In this document: positions 19,579 to 29,894 of the stretch, one piece after another
Layout: every line of letters starts with the position of its first letter
Numbering within the stretch: the stretch's first letter is position 1
Assembly (NCBI GenBank): GCA_030632085.1
Contig: DAOVJY010000001.1
Span: forward strand, 207,402-271,401
Origin: Candidatus Omnitrophota bacterium
GTDB taxonomy: Bacteria; Omnitrophota; Gorgyraeia; JAGLLT01
Reading direction: 5' to 3'
DNA: 64,000 nt
The notes under the pieces: model-generated
Told to the model about the DNA's origin: nothing
The model's input: only the letters and a program-made list of their open reading frames with translations
Databases searched by the model: none
Program-made: the position numbers and the translations under genes

Positions 19579-20673
19579 CTATAGTGCACTTTTTACTGTT
19601 TTAGCAAGTAAATTTATTTCTTCTTCAGTCATTTGGGGATAAAGCGGCAAGACTACGCTTTTTTCTCCTGCAATAAATGAATTAGAAACATCTCCAGGGG
19701 TATATTTATATTTATTCTTGTAAAAAGGTTGGCTATGGAGTGCGTAATTACCAACAACAGTTTCAATATCTTTACTTTTTAAATAAGACATAAATTTGGA
19801 CCTATCAACTTCCTGATTCAACAACACTACATATGCTTGAAATATATGCTGGCAATTTTCACTTATCTCGGGGAGCCGCAAAGAAGCAATACCGGAAAGT
19901 AAAGCACTTAATTCTTTTGCTGCCTTTTGTCTTTTTTTTATGATGTCATTTAGTTTTTTCATTTGTGCAATTCCTAAAACAGCGTGTAACTCACTCAATC
20001 TATAGTTATAGCCACAATGATTAAAATAGACTCTGCCATCTTTCTTTATGCTTCCGTGATCACGCAATCTTTCTATTAATTTAGCATGTTCATCGTTGTT
20101 GGTCACGACTATGCCACCCTCCGCGGTAGTAAGTATTTTTCTGGGATGAAGGCTAAAACATCCTAAATCTCCCATAACTCCACAAAACTCTCCCTTATAT
20201 TCTGCACCCATTGCACAGGCAGCATCTTCAATAATAAAAAGATTGTGTTCATGGGCAATTTTTCTAATTTCGTCCATGTCAGCAGATTGACCAAATCCAT
20301 GAACAGGCATAATTGCTTTTGTTTTACTTGTTATTTTTCTCCTTATATCTTCAGGATCAATATTGAAAGTTTTTAAATCAATATCCGCAAATACAGGTTT
20401 TGCTCCTGTGTATTCAACTGCATTTGCGGTCGCTACAAAAGTAAAATCAGGAACTATCACCTCGTCGCCACTTGATATATTTAATGATATTAATGCTAGA
20501 TGAAGAGCTGCTGTACCTGAACTTACAGCAATAGCATACTTAACCCCCATGTAATCTTTCACCATACGCTCAAACTCTTCTACATATGGTCCTTTGGTCA
20601 ACCATCCCGAATCAATAACTTTTTGTAAATCTAAAACCTCTTCATAGCACAAATCAGGAAGTGTAATTCTCAT
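19579..20673 (-). CDS. DegT/DnrJ/EryC1/StrS-family PLP-dependent sugar aminotransferase (ArnB-like)
   Basis: VEEFERMV...YAIAVSSGTAALHLAL...SLHPRKILTTAEGGIVVTN. The family's conserved Lys is present in SLHPRK. It shares an ATGA overlap with the upstream gene. Confidence 0.85.
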   Translation of the reverse strand: MRITLPDLCYEEVLDLQKVIDSGWLTKGPYVEEFERMVKDYMGVKYAIAVSSGTAALHLALISLNISSGDEVIVPDFTFVATANAVEYTGAKPVFADIDLKTFNIDPEDIRRKITSKTKAIMPVHGFGQSADMDEIRKIAHEHNLFIIEDAACAMGAEYKGEFCGVMGDLGCFSLHPRKILTTAEGGIVVTNNDEHAKLIERLRDHGSIKKDGRVYFNHCGYNYRLSELHAVLGIAQMKKLNDIIKKRQKAAKELSALLSGIASLRLPEISENCQHIFQAYVVLLNQEVDRSKFMSYLKSKDIETVVGNYALHSQPFYKNKYKYTPGDVSNSFIAGEKSVVLPLYPQMTEEEINLLAKTVKSAL

Positions 20674-21566
20674 TCGCCTATCCTTTTCTTTACAATATAT
20701 TCCTTAAAATATTCCTTGAGGGTATACTTTGTTTTAAAATTTAATTGCTTTTTCGCTTTAGAAATATCGGCTACAATATTTTGCACTTTAGAATTAGTTA
20801 TTTTTTTATACTCTGGTTTTATCCCTAAAATATTTCCAATTTCACTACAAATTTTAGTAATACTCTTACATTCATCACTAGCAATATTGAAAATTTCATT
20901 ATCTCCGGTTGTCATAACTTTTTTAATAACCTCAACTAAATCTCCTATATATATACTGGAGACAACCGGCTGATTATCATTATAAACTTTTATCTGTTCT
21001 CCTGTCATAACTCTACGAATTAAACTTGGAATAAATCTATTTTCCTCCTGACCAAACCCATAAGGAAAATATAATCGCAGAATACTATACTTGAAGTAAT
21101 CTTTATACATAGGTATTAACTTCTCTGAAAAATACTTTGAAAGAGCATAAAAATTGTCGGGATTGACTTGATCATTTTCCGTGACTGCATCACTTCTATA
21201 TCCATAAACGCCTCCCGTTGAAGCAAAGATAAACTTCTTGAGACTTTCCCTCTTGCCATACTCTAATAATTTTAATGTTGATATCACATTTATATTAAAG
21301 CTATTCAAAGCATCTTCTTCAAAACCTTTATTTCCAACAACAGATGCCAAGTGAATAATAATGTCTATATCTTTTGGTAAAGAATTGATGTTTATTTTAG
21401 ACAAATCCATACTAATAAATTTAAAATTATCATGATTGAAATCCAATTTTTTAATATCAAGACCAATTACATGGTAGTCATTTATAATATTTTTTACTAA
21501 ATTTCGACCAACAAAACCGCTTACCCCCGTAATCAAAACATTTACTTTTTTCATATTAGTTTCCAT
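20670..21566 (-). CDS. NAD-dependent epimerase/dehydratase (SDR) family protein
   Basis: Rossmann motif VLITGVSGFVGRNL and a YALSK motif (YxxxK). Confidence 0.7.
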   Translation of the reverse strand: METNMKKVNVLITGVSGFVGRNLVKNIINDYHVIGLDIKKLDFNHDNFKFISMDLSKININSLPKDIDIIIHLASVVGNKGFEEDALNSFNINVISTLKLLEYGKRESLKKFIFASTGGVYGYRSDAVTENDQVNPDNFYALSKYFSEKLIPMYKDYFKYSILRLYFPYGFGQEENRFIPSLIRRVMTGEQIKVYNDNQPVVSSIYIGDLVEVIKKVMTTGDNEIFNIASDECKSITKICSEIGNILGIKPEYKKITNSKVQNIVADISKAKKQLNFKTKYTLKEYFKEYIVKKRIGE

Positions 21567-21574
21567 GATAATAA

Positions 21575-23104
21575 TTAAATTTTTATTAAAACATAAGATT
21601 TTATTGTTTTGACAATCTTTTTGTCGGACAAATTAAGCTCTGAAAAATTAACATAGTGTTCATTGATAAGACAATAATTAATTCTATGCTCCCTAAAAAT
21701 ATCAGATAAAGGTTTTTTAACAATAGGATAAAAATCCTTTAATCCGTCCAGATGAGCCAAAGCACTCTCGGTTGAAAGAATCTTGCAATTCACAAAATAG
21801 GATACCGGAGAAATTAAATACATAGGTATCGTTGCTATGCGCACATCATCATTTAGACTATTAATATAATCCATCATCTCCCATAAATCTTTATGGATGC
21901 TTCTTTCTTTGTCTTTAAGCACGAGCTTCCTTTGGATTAATAAAGTCGGTATATATGCCAAAGTAATTGCCCAAATTATAAATAATGCTCCATACATTAA
22001 ACCATTTTGACTTTTTATTGCAACATTAAAAAGAATAGCTAATAAAATCGCTGTAGGAACAGCTGAATATTCTAAATACCTTTCCGCTTCACCAAGAAAT
22101 CTTATAGGTTTGATTAAATTTACAAGAACAGCTACCACAAAGAGGCTAATAGCCCAGACCAAAAGAAAATCATAAACCGTCGAGGAAACATTAACAAAAG
22201 TTAAGGCAGTTGTCTTTCCAATCAAAAAAAGCATTAAAAATAACAAAAAAACAAACGAATTTGAACCAAATAATGACAGAAGAGGAACTTTCTGCAGTAA
22301 ATTGTAAACTTGATTTATAAAATCAGGGCTTTTATTTTGCTTGTTTTCAATTCCTCGTATTTGATGAGCAAACCTATAATCTATATTTTCTCTGAAAAAA
22401 TTTAGCACAGCTACATGCCCCTTTAATACGGTTAAATAGTACCCCTTTGAAATCACGATGGCGATTAAAACAGCTAACAAGGGTATGCTAATGTATATAA
22501 AATTTAAAGTCCAAACTGAGAAAGCAATGCTTAGGAAAATTAAAGCTTGTAAAGCAAATTTATGAGACAATACTAAAATAACTGACATAAAAAGGGTCAA
22601 TAAAAAAAGTAATGGTTCTTGATAATGAACAGATAAAAGCATTGTAAGAAGAGTAAGTGAAAAAATAAGCTGACTGAAGGATCTTACTGAAAGCTGTGAA
22701 CTTTCAATAATAACTATTGGGGTTAAGCTATAAACTATCTGAGCAATTAAGGCAATTAATAAATTACGTGTTAGAAAATATGTTATAGCAAAAACGATTA
22801 TGCTGTGCAAAGCGTTTATAAAAGGTGAAATCCACCATTGATTTTTCTCTAAAAATTCCTTTCTAAAAAAAGAAAGTATATACAAAAAAATTGGCGGATA
22901 ATCAAAGGGCCCGGCAATTAAGTACTTATCCGGTATTGTTTTGGGAAGTTTGCCATTTTTTCTAATAATGTCAGCCATTTCCAGCAGCTTCCATGTATCA
23001 ACTCCAAAATAGCGATTATATATTCTGGGATATATCTGCAACAAAAAAGCGATACCGGCAATAATTGAGGTTACAAATAAGTTATGCAATAATGTCATAG
23101 CCAT
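21575..23104 (-). CDS. Polytopic membrane protein, putative GT-C glycosyltransferase (ArnT/PMT-like), 509 aa
   Basis: It shares its architecture and the first-loop motif FGVDTWKLLEMADIIRKNGKLP with 10947..12473. Confidence 0.5.
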   Translation of the reverse strand: MAMTLLHNLFVTSIIAGIAFLLQIYPRIYNRYFGVDTWKLLEMADIIRKNGKLPKTIPDKYLIAGPFDYPPIFLYILSFFRKEFLEKNQWWISPFINALHSIIVFAITYFLTRNLLIALIAQIVYSLTPIVIIESSQLSVRSFSQLIFSLTLLTMLLSVHYQEPLLFLLTLFMSVILVLSHKFALQALIFLSIAFSVWTLNFIYISIPLLAVLIAIVISKGYYLTVLKGHVAVLNFFRENIDYRFAHQIRGIENKQNKSPDFINQVYNLLQKVPLLSLFGSNSFVFLLFLMLFLIGKTTALTFVNVSSTVYDFLLVWAISLFVVAVLVNLIKPIRFLGEAERYLEYSAVPTAILLAILFNVAIKSQNGLMYGALFIIWAITLAYIPTLLIQRKLVLKDKERSIHKDLWEMMDYINSLNDDVRIATIPMYLISPVSYFVNCKILSTESALAHLDGLKDFYPIVKKPLSDIFREHRINYCLINEHYVNFSELNLSDKKIVKTIKSYVLIKI

Positions 23105-23112
23105 TTTTTATA

Positions 23113-24840
23113 TTACTCCTCCTCTGCCATTCTTTTTGCGAATAAACCTTTTATAAAATATATTCCATAGACGATATGAGTGGACATTATACCAAAAAAA
23201 ATCAAGCACATCAATTTAATTTTCATCGCGGGAATGCTATTCAATAGTAAGAGGCTTAAATAAAAGGCTACTGCGCCAAAATACAAGCCTCTTATACAAG
23301 GAAAAAAGAAGGAGAGTATGCCGCCTAAAATAAACCCTATATCAAATAAAGAAGGTATAAAATAACAAATCTTGAAAGAAGTTTCGGGATACTTTTTCAC
23401 GAAATAACCTCTATGGAGAGCATAGTTTTTTATTTGCTTTAGATGAACCTTAAACAGCTCCCTTCTATGATGATAAACTATAACACCGGGATCATAAATA
23501 ATTTTTTTATTAAGCAATTTTATTTTTAGACACAGGATCGTATCTTCTCCAGGCCAAAATTTAGTATTAAATCCTTTGATCTGCTCAAGCACTTCTTTTC
23601 TGACAAACAAATTACAAGATGGATAATCATCAACTTCTCTAACTTTGTAGGGAATATATCTATAGTTGTTAATCCCCGCGACTAGCCATGAGGAATAAAC
23701 GGCCCCACTGGCAATTTGATTGAGATTATCTGAGGCTGGTGTGACAGCCGGCCCACCCACAGCTGCTACTCTTTCATCTTCAAAATGACTAATCGTGTTC
23801 ATAATCCAGTCTTTTGTCGGCAAGGCATCATCATCTAAAAAAGCGACAATTTCACCCTTTGCTTCTCTTATGCCAACATCTCTTTTTTCAGGAGGCGTGA
23901 CACAACCCGTCGGCACTATATTAATCTTTTCATCCTGCAGCTCCTTATCAAATGAAAACTTCTCATCAGGCAAAACAATTATTTCATATTTTGGATAATT
24001 TAATTCTAAGCATTTCCCCATAGACTCTTTTAAGTACTCATTCATCTTAACTACCGGAATGACAATAGAAACCATCGGAAATATTGAAGGTTTTTTCTTT
24101 AGATAATCATAATATTTTAGAATATAGAGACGATAATAAATTGCAAGTACATCAATTACCACATAATACAAATGAAATAAGCTCAGGGGCTGCCATTTTT
24201 GGCGCGAACCCAATTTGATTGGAACATTTTTCACTTTATAATTAAGGTGCCGCGCAACTACAAAAATTTCAAGGTTCAAGGCATATTTTTTTGTTATTAT
24301 GCGTTCTACGATATTCTTTAGCACATTTCTCTTAAATAACATGCAATCAGTATTAACATCTTTTACATTAAGGCTGAAGAGCTTTTTTAAAAACCAATAA
24401 TAAAATTTAGATAGGACGTGCCTAACTGCCGGGTAATCGACATTGGATTCCGGATGAAATTTTGAAGCTACAATTATATCAGTAATTTCACCATCAAAGT
24501 CTTCAATAAATTTTCCAATATCCTCTTTCTTTAAATCTAAAGCTGGGTCAATAAAGAAAATTAAATCTCCTGAGGCAAATTGAAATCCCCTTAGCAAAGT
24601 AAAAACTTTGCCTACCTTTGGATCATAATTAACTATTTTGACCTTCTCTAAATCTAGTGCACACTCAGGAACTATTCCTTCTAAATTTAAACTCTCTTCC
24701 TCCTTGATAACAATAATAAACTCATAGAGATATGCTAGTTTATTTAGTACCTCGAGAATATCACTCATTTTAGACAAAAGCAGTTTTGTTTCAACGGAGA
24801 AAGGCATAATAATTGAAATTTTTAGATTATTTTTTTTCAT
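23113..24840 (-). CDS. GT2 glycosyltransferase with a degenerate N-terminal GT2-like domain and C-terminal transmembrane helices
   Basis: The second domain carries VSIVIPVVKMNEY...IVAFLDDDALP (DxD motif). The first domain (ISIIMPFSVETK...) lacks a clear DxD. The C-terminal roughly 90 aa are hydrophobic. Confidence 0.65.
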   Translation of the reverse strand: MKKNNLKISIIMPFSVETKLLLSKMSDILEVLNKLAYLYEFIIVIKEEESLNLEGIVPECALDLEKVKIVNYDPKVGKVFTLLRGFQFASGDLIFFIDPALDLKKEDIGKFIEDFDGEITDIIVASKFHPESNVDYPAVRHVLSKFYYWFLKKLFSLNVKDVNTDCMLFKRNVLKNIVERIITKKYALNLEIFVVARHLNYKVKNVPIKLGSRQKWQPLSLFHLYYVVIDVLAIYYRLYILKYYDYLKKKPSIFPMVSIVIPVVKMNEYLKESMGKCLELNYPKYEIIVLPDEKFSFDKELQDEKINIVPTGCVTPPEKRDVGIREAKGEIVAFLDDDALPTKDWIMNTISHFEDERVAAVGGPAVTPASDNLNQIASGAVYSSWLVAGINNYRYIPYKVREVDDYPSCNLFVRKEVLEQIKGFNTKFWPGEDTILCLKIKLLNKKIIYDPGVIVYHHRRELFKVHLKQIKNYALHRGYFVKKYPETSFKICYFIPSLFDIGFILGGILSFFFPCIRGLYFGAVAFYLSLLLLNSIPAMKIKLMCLIFFGIMSTHIVYGIYFIKGLFAKRMAEEE

Positions 24841-24844
24841 GTTT

Positions 24845-25846
24845 TTACCATCTTTTTAGATATGCCTTAAGAAAACTCCAGATATAGTTAAAAGGTATTC
24901 TTTTTAAATTATCTTTAAATAGTTCTCTATCTGCAATCTTCCTAATATCCTTTTGTACTTTTTTCCTTTTTTCTAAAATCGCCCCAAAATTAGCTATGTT
25001 CCAGCCAATAGATTTCATTATCGCTCTTGCATTACAAGGTTTTGCGAGAACTAAAAACATTACGCTAATTAGCAAGCATAGGAGTATATGTAGAGGCACA
25101 ATCAAAACAGCGTTTCCCAAAGACAAATTTTTCAAAAGAGTGCAAATTCTATTTTTAAAAGAGTGATAATCAATGAAGCTTGAATCAAGTTTTAGCGATG
25201 TGCCACTACCTTTATGATAAACGACGGACTTTGGTGAAAATGCTATTTTATGGCCCGACAACCAAACCCTCCAAAAAAAATCAGTTTCTTCAAAATAACA
25301 AAAGAAATTAGAATCAAAAAGTCCGGTTTTTTCAATAACTTCCCTTTTAACCGCAAAAGAAACTCCTTTAGGGGAAAAAACTTGTTTTACGTTATCATAC
25401 TGACCCTTATCTTCTTGAAGATAACCTACATGATAGATAAAACCCGTTCTTGTAAAATATGAACCAAATGTATCATATTTTTTAGGATCATCCATTAATA
25501 ACAACTTACTAAATGAAACACCAATTTTTTCATCAGATCTAAGGGTTTTTATTAATTCCGCTACAAAATTATTTCCTCCCTCAGTATCATTGTTAATAAA
25601 TAGTATGTAATCACCTTTTGAAGCTTTATAGCCAATATTATTTGCTTCAGCAAAACCAAGATTCTCTTTATTTTTAATTAATCTTACACTCGAATAATTA
25701 TCTTCAATAAAACCTATGGAATCATCAGTAGAATTATTATCTACTACAATAATTTCATAATTATCTAGTTTTTGGCCTTCTATAGAATCAAGACATTTTT
25801 TTAAAAATTCTTTTCCATTAAAATTGATAATTATGATTGATATCAT
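24845..25846 (-). CDS. GT2 glycosyltransferase
   Basis: MISIIIINFNGKEFLKKCLDSIEGQ...IVVDNNSTDDS...FINNDTE. There is a C-terminal transmembrane segment. Confidence 0.75.
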   Translation of the reverse strand: MISIIIINFNGKEFLKKCLDSIEGQKLDNYEIIVVDNNSTDDSIGFIEDNYSSVRLIKNKENLGFAEANNIGYKASKGDYILFINNDTEGGNNFVAELIKTLRSDEKIGVSFSKLLLMDDPKKYDTFGSYFTRTGFIYHVGYLQEDKGQYDNVKQVFSPKGVSFAVKREVIEKTGLFDSNFFCYFEETDFFWRVWLSGHKIAFSPKSVVYHKGSGTSLKLDSSFIDYHSFKNRICTLLKNLSLGNAVLIVPLHILLCLLISVMFLVLAKPCNARAIMKSIGWNIANFGAILEKRKKVQKDIRKIADRELFKDNLKRIPFNYIWSFLKAYLKRW

Positions 25847-25848
25847 TT

Positions 25849-26964
25849 TTATACGTTTTTACTTTTCTGCGCTGAAATTCTATTTATAATCATTAAACTT
25901 TTTTCAACTGTTGTATTCCAATTGTATTTTCTTGAATCCTCAAGAGCCTTTTGGCAATATTCCAATTTATATTCAGGCTTTTTCAAAAAATACGAACCGA
26001 TACTTTCAGCAAGAGAATCTATGGTATTTTCTTTTGCGAAAAAACCGTTTACTCCTTCACTTACCGAATCTTTTAGACCAGCTACTCTATAGGTTAGAGC
26101 CGGTGTACCCATGGCATTAGCTTCGGTTACAATCAAACCCCATCCTTCTCTTACTGAAGTAACTACAATCAGATGAGCTAAAGACATAAGCCTTAATTTA
26201 TCTTTATTATTTAGATTATGAAAGAACTTTATACCAGGTTCATCTTTAGCGAGTTTGTATAAATATTCCTTATGGGATTTATCTCCATTACCAACTATCC
26301 ATAACTTCAAATCAGGTTGTTTTACTCTAGCTAATTTATAAGCCTCGATTATATGATGTACTCTCTTTGATTTTTTTAATCTGCCAACATAAATTAGCGT
26401 AGGAGTTTCTTCTTTTTCAGGCAAACTATCAAGAGGCTTAAACTCTATGCCCATAGGTATAATGCTTATTTTATCAGCCTTAAAACCTAAATTGATTAAA
26501 TCATCTTTGGTGCTGTTGGAAATCGTTATCACATCATTATTATTATAACTTTTTATAAAAAAAGGTTCTATTGAATACCCAAGTAATGAAAGGGGAAATA
26601 CCGACTCATAAAACCAAACTTCTTTAGCCAACTGATTAATATGACAAACCACTTTTTCCTTAGCATAGCAATTTGAAAAAAAAGGTATAGTATTAATTTC
26701 ATCAATAATTAAATCAAACTTACCCTTGAATTCCTTTTTATAGTATATATATGCCTGCCAATATACGCTAATAGCATTACCGGCTCTTATAATATTAACA
26801 CCGTCAACGCTTTCTCTTTTTTTGGCTCCTTTAAAAAAACTTGAGAAAAATGTAACTTCATGGCCGGTGGTCACCCATCCTTTGGCCAGTTCATGGGTTA
26901 AAACTTCCGCTCCACCCGCTCTGGGACTTTTTATGTCTCTCCAGTTTAGTATAAGAATTTTCAT
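25849..26964 (-). CDS. GT4 (GT-B fold) glycosyltransferase
   Basis: C-terminal EGWGLIVTEANAMGTP (the E-x7-E-like motif region). Confidence 0.75.
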   Translation of the reverse strand: MKILILNWRDIKSPRAGGAEVLTHELAKGWVTTGHEVTFFSSFFKGAKKRESVDGVNIIRAGNAISVYWQAYIYYKKEFKGKFDLIIDEINTIPFFSNCYAKEKVVCHINQLAKEVWFYESVFPLSLLGYSIEPFFIKSYNNNDVITISNSTKDDLINLGFKADKISIIPMGIEFKPLDSLPEKEETPTLIYVGRLKKSKRVHHIIEAYKLARVKQPDLKLWIVGNGDKSHKEYLYKLAKDEPGIKFFHNLNNKDKLRLMSLAHLIVVTSVREGWGLIVTEANAMGTPALTYRVAGLKDSVSEGVNGFFAKENTIDSLAESIGSYFLKKPEYKLEYCQKALEDSRKYNWNTTVEKSLMIINRISAQKSKNV

Positions 26965-27704
26965 TTAATTTTATCGTAATATTTTAAGATATACATACGG
27001 TAAAAAACCGCCATGGTGTCCAGCCATGTATGCCATATATCTTTTAATTTTATTCTTCCAAACTCTCTTTGAAAATGAAGCTTAATAGGAGCTTCAACTA
27101 TCTTGTAGCCCAAATGGTGCGCGTTTACCAACAGCTCTAAATCAAAAGCGTACCTTTTAATTAATACTCTGGGAAAAGTATCCTTAAGAACTTCCCTCTT
27201 GAATAACTTTATGCCCGTCTGAGTATCCCTTACCGGTAAACCAAATAATAATCGGATAATATAATAATAACCATTACTGATTATTTTTCTACGCAAAGGG
27301 TAATTAACTTCAGACTCAGGATGTCTTTTGGAGCCAATGGCTACATCGGCTTCACATTTCTTCAAAACATCGAAAAGTTTTTCAACTTGCTGCGGATGTA
27401 AATCCAAATCCGCGTCTAAAAAAACAATATAATCACCCAGAGTATATCTAAAGGCTTTTTTTAAAGCCCTGCCCTTGCCAAAGTTGGTCCGGTTTCTTTT
27501 AGCGCATATATTTGCATGATCAGCCGCAAATTCCCTAATTTTATCATAAGTATCATCTTTGGAACCGTCATCTATTATTACTATTTCATAATCACTGCCA
27601 AACTCGTTAAAAGTACGCATAGTCTCTTTGATGCTGGAGATTATATGCGTTCCTTCATTATACGCGGGCATTATGATAGATATCTTATTCTTAATGTCTC
27701 TCAT
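26961..27704 (-). CDS. GT2 polyprenyl-phosphate hexose synthase-like glycosyltransferase (DPM1-like, soluble)
   Basis: ISIIMPAYNEGTHI...VIIDDGSKDDT...FLDADLD. No transmembrane segment is apparent. Confidence 0.75.
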   Translation of the reverse strand: MRDIKNKISIIMPAYNEGTHIISSIKETMRTFNEFGSDYEIVIIDDGSKDDTYDKIREFAADHANICAKRNRTNFGKGRALKKAFRYTLGDYIVFLDADLDLHPQQVEKLFDVLKKCEADVAIGSKRHPESEVNYPLRRKIISNGYYYIIRLLFGLPVRDTQTGIKLFKREVLKDTFPRVLIKRYAFDLELLVNAHHLGYKIVEAPIKLHFQREFGRIKLKDIWHTWLDTMAVFYRMYILKYYDKIK

Positions 27705-28965
27705 CTGTTTCTGACACCTTCTTTTGCCTAAAAGTAAAAATTAACAACGCCGCGCATATAATTACACCACTTACAGCCAGCGTCTGTATTACCATAAAAA
27801 GTGACTGTTTGAAAAAATTCAATAAAACCACATGCATAATAGAGCCGCCGAGCAGCACCCATAAAACTTTAATTCTATGGGCGGCAATGTTATAATAAAT
27901 CAAGATAGTAATCAAAGAGTAAGGGATAAAGGCAAAAACGAAAATCTTTAATAATGCCGGAACCTCAGCACTGTATGCGCTCTTTAAAACCAAACCTACT
28001 AAAAAATCAGCCAAAATAAATAAGATAATGGCAGCCAGGCTGCAAAGAGTAAAACTGTATTTCAGGGTTGTCTTTAGAAGCGGCAACGAAGATCTTTTAT
28101 CGGCGTAGGCGGCAGACACTTTAGGAAACATACCCGCGGCCAGGGCCAGGGGCAGATAGAATATTGTCCTGCCCAAAAGTGAAGCTGAAGAGTACACCGG
28201 TGACCCCTCGAGAAAACAATGCTGAACCATCAAAATATCAATAAAACAAATTATGTAACTAAAGAAAAAAGCTATCACTATCCACCAGCTGGTTTTATAA
28301 TAACCAATCAGGTTATCCTTAACGGGGTTTTCATAACCAAAGAAGATATCTTTAAGCCAATAAAAAATCAAAGCAAAAATTAATATATAAGCTATTATGG
28401 AAGCACTTATAATTCCCGTTACATTAAAACCAAGATATATCAAAGAACAACCTATCGTAAATCTCAATACGGCAAAAATAATCATACTCAATGACCACAA
28501 CTTAAATCGTTCCATACCCTGCAGGGCGCCGTAAACCACCGGGATAACAACCGATAAACACATCAGAAAACCGGTAACCATAACAGCCGTAACCGCCTCA
28601 GGCCTATTTAGAATAGAAGCAATTTTACCCGCAAACGGCAAAAAAGCAGCAAAGGCCACAAGTGCTATAAGCGAAATTTTGCCGAGGGTATGAACTAACA
28701 AGTATGAAACCTTACTGGTTTGAGCACTGGCGCGGTATTGTGATATCTGTTTTGAGACCATAGACAACACCGACATACCCAAAACGCCAAATATCATACT
28801 TAAAGTAAACAATGAGTACATAAAGGAAAAATCGCTTTCCGTCAGTTTACGGTTGGCTACAATCTGCAGGAAAAAATTAAACGAGCCGCTTACTATTGTA
28901 GCTAAAAATATTAAGCTGCTGTGTTTTAATAAATCATTTTTTGTCTTATCGTTAGAAAAATTCAT
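27691..28965 (-). CDS. Polysaccharide biosynthesis protein, a Wzx-like flippase of the MOP superfamily
   Basis: A 424-aa protein with about 12 hydrophobic helices and no soluble domain. Confidence 0.6.
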   Translation of the reverse strand: MNFSNDKTKNDLLKHSSLIFLATIVSGSFNFFLQIVANRKLTESDFSFMYSLFTLSMIFGVLGMSVLSMVSKQISQYRASAQTSKVSYLLVHTLGKISLIALVAFAAFLPFAGKIASILNRPEAVTAVMVTGFLMCLSVVIPVVYGALQGMERFKLWSLSMIIFAVLRFTIGCSLIYLGFNVTGIISASIIAYILIFALIFYWLKDIFFGYENPVKDNLIGYYKTSWWIVIAFFFSYIICFIDILMVQHCFLEGSPVYSSASLLGRTIFYLPLALAAGMFPKVSAAYADKRSSLPLLKTTLKYSFTLCSLAAIILFILADFLVGLVLKSAYSAEVPALLKIFVFAFIPYSLITILIYYNIAAHRIKVLWVLLGGSIMHVVLLNFFKQSLFMVIQTLAVSGVIICAALLIFTFRQKKVSETDERH

Positions 28966-29894
28966 TTGCCTTTATTGAACCACCTTATCGTTTTAATCAG
29001 GCCTTCCTCAACCCCTACCGCAGGCTGCCAATTAAGGTGTTTCTTGGCCAAATTTATATTCGGCCTTCTCAGCTTAGGGTCGTCCTCCGGAAGTCCTTTA
29101 TAACAAATCTTACTTTTAGAATTAGTGAGCTTGATAATCAAATTGGCTAATTCCAACATATTCATCTCAAAAGGACTACCTAAATTAATCGGGCCTGTCT
29201 GCTTAGATAGCATAAGTTTGTCAATAGCCTTAACTAAATCCGCAACATAACAAAAACTTCTAGTTTGAGTTCCTTTACCATAAACCGTTATTTTTTTATT
29301 AGCCAGGGCCTGTTCAATAAAGTTAGGAATAACCCTGCCATCATCACTTCTCATCATCGGCCCATATGTATTAAATATACGGCAAATCTTCACGTTTAAT
29401 TTATGCTTCTTATGATAAGCAATCGTAATTGCCTCCGCGAAACGCTTAGACTCATCATAAACACCACGCGGGCCTAAACAGTTAACATTTCCCCAATATG
29501 TTTCCGGCTGCGGATGAACCAACGGATCACCATAGATTTCCGAAGTTGAGGCCAAGAGAAAAACAGCTTTCTTGTTCTTTGCGATACCCAAGGCATTATG
29601 CGTGCCTAGAGAATTTACCTTGAGGGTTTTAATGGGATAATTTAAATAAAACACCGGAGATGCCGGTGAAGCAAAATGCAGAACATAGTCAATGCGTTCT
29701 TTAAACTTAATTGATACAGTTATATCATGTTTATTAAAAACAAAATTCTTATTCTTAAGAAGAGTTTTTATGTTTTCTTTTCTACCCGTTAAAAGACTAT
29801 CAAGGCAGATAACCTTATATCCCTTATCCAGCAAAAACCGGCATAAATGTGACCCAATGAAACCGGCCCCACCCGTAATTAACACTGTTTTCAT
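28962..29894 (-). CDS. UDP-glucuronate decarboxylase-like SDR (UXS-like)
   Basis: LITGGAGFIGSHLCRFLLDKGYKVICLDSLLTGRKENI resembles the UXS pattern (...VDNFFTGRKRNV). A YDESK motif (YxxxK) is present. Confidence 0.7.
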   Translation of the reverse strand: MKTVLITGGAGFIGSHLCRFLLDKGYKVICLDSLLTGRKENIKTLLKNKNFVFNKHDITVSIKFKERIDYVLHFASPASPVFYLNYPIKTLKVNSLGTHNALGIAKNKKAVFLLASTSEIYGDPLVHPQPETYWGNVNCLGPRGVYDESKRFAEAITIAYHKKHKLNVKICRIFNTYGPMMRSDDGRVIPNFIEQALANKKITVYGKGTQTRSFCYVADLVKAIDKLMLSKQTGPINLGSPFEMNMLELANLIIKLTNSKSKICYKGLPEDDPKLRRPNINLAKKHLNWQPAVGVEEGLIKTIRWFNKGK

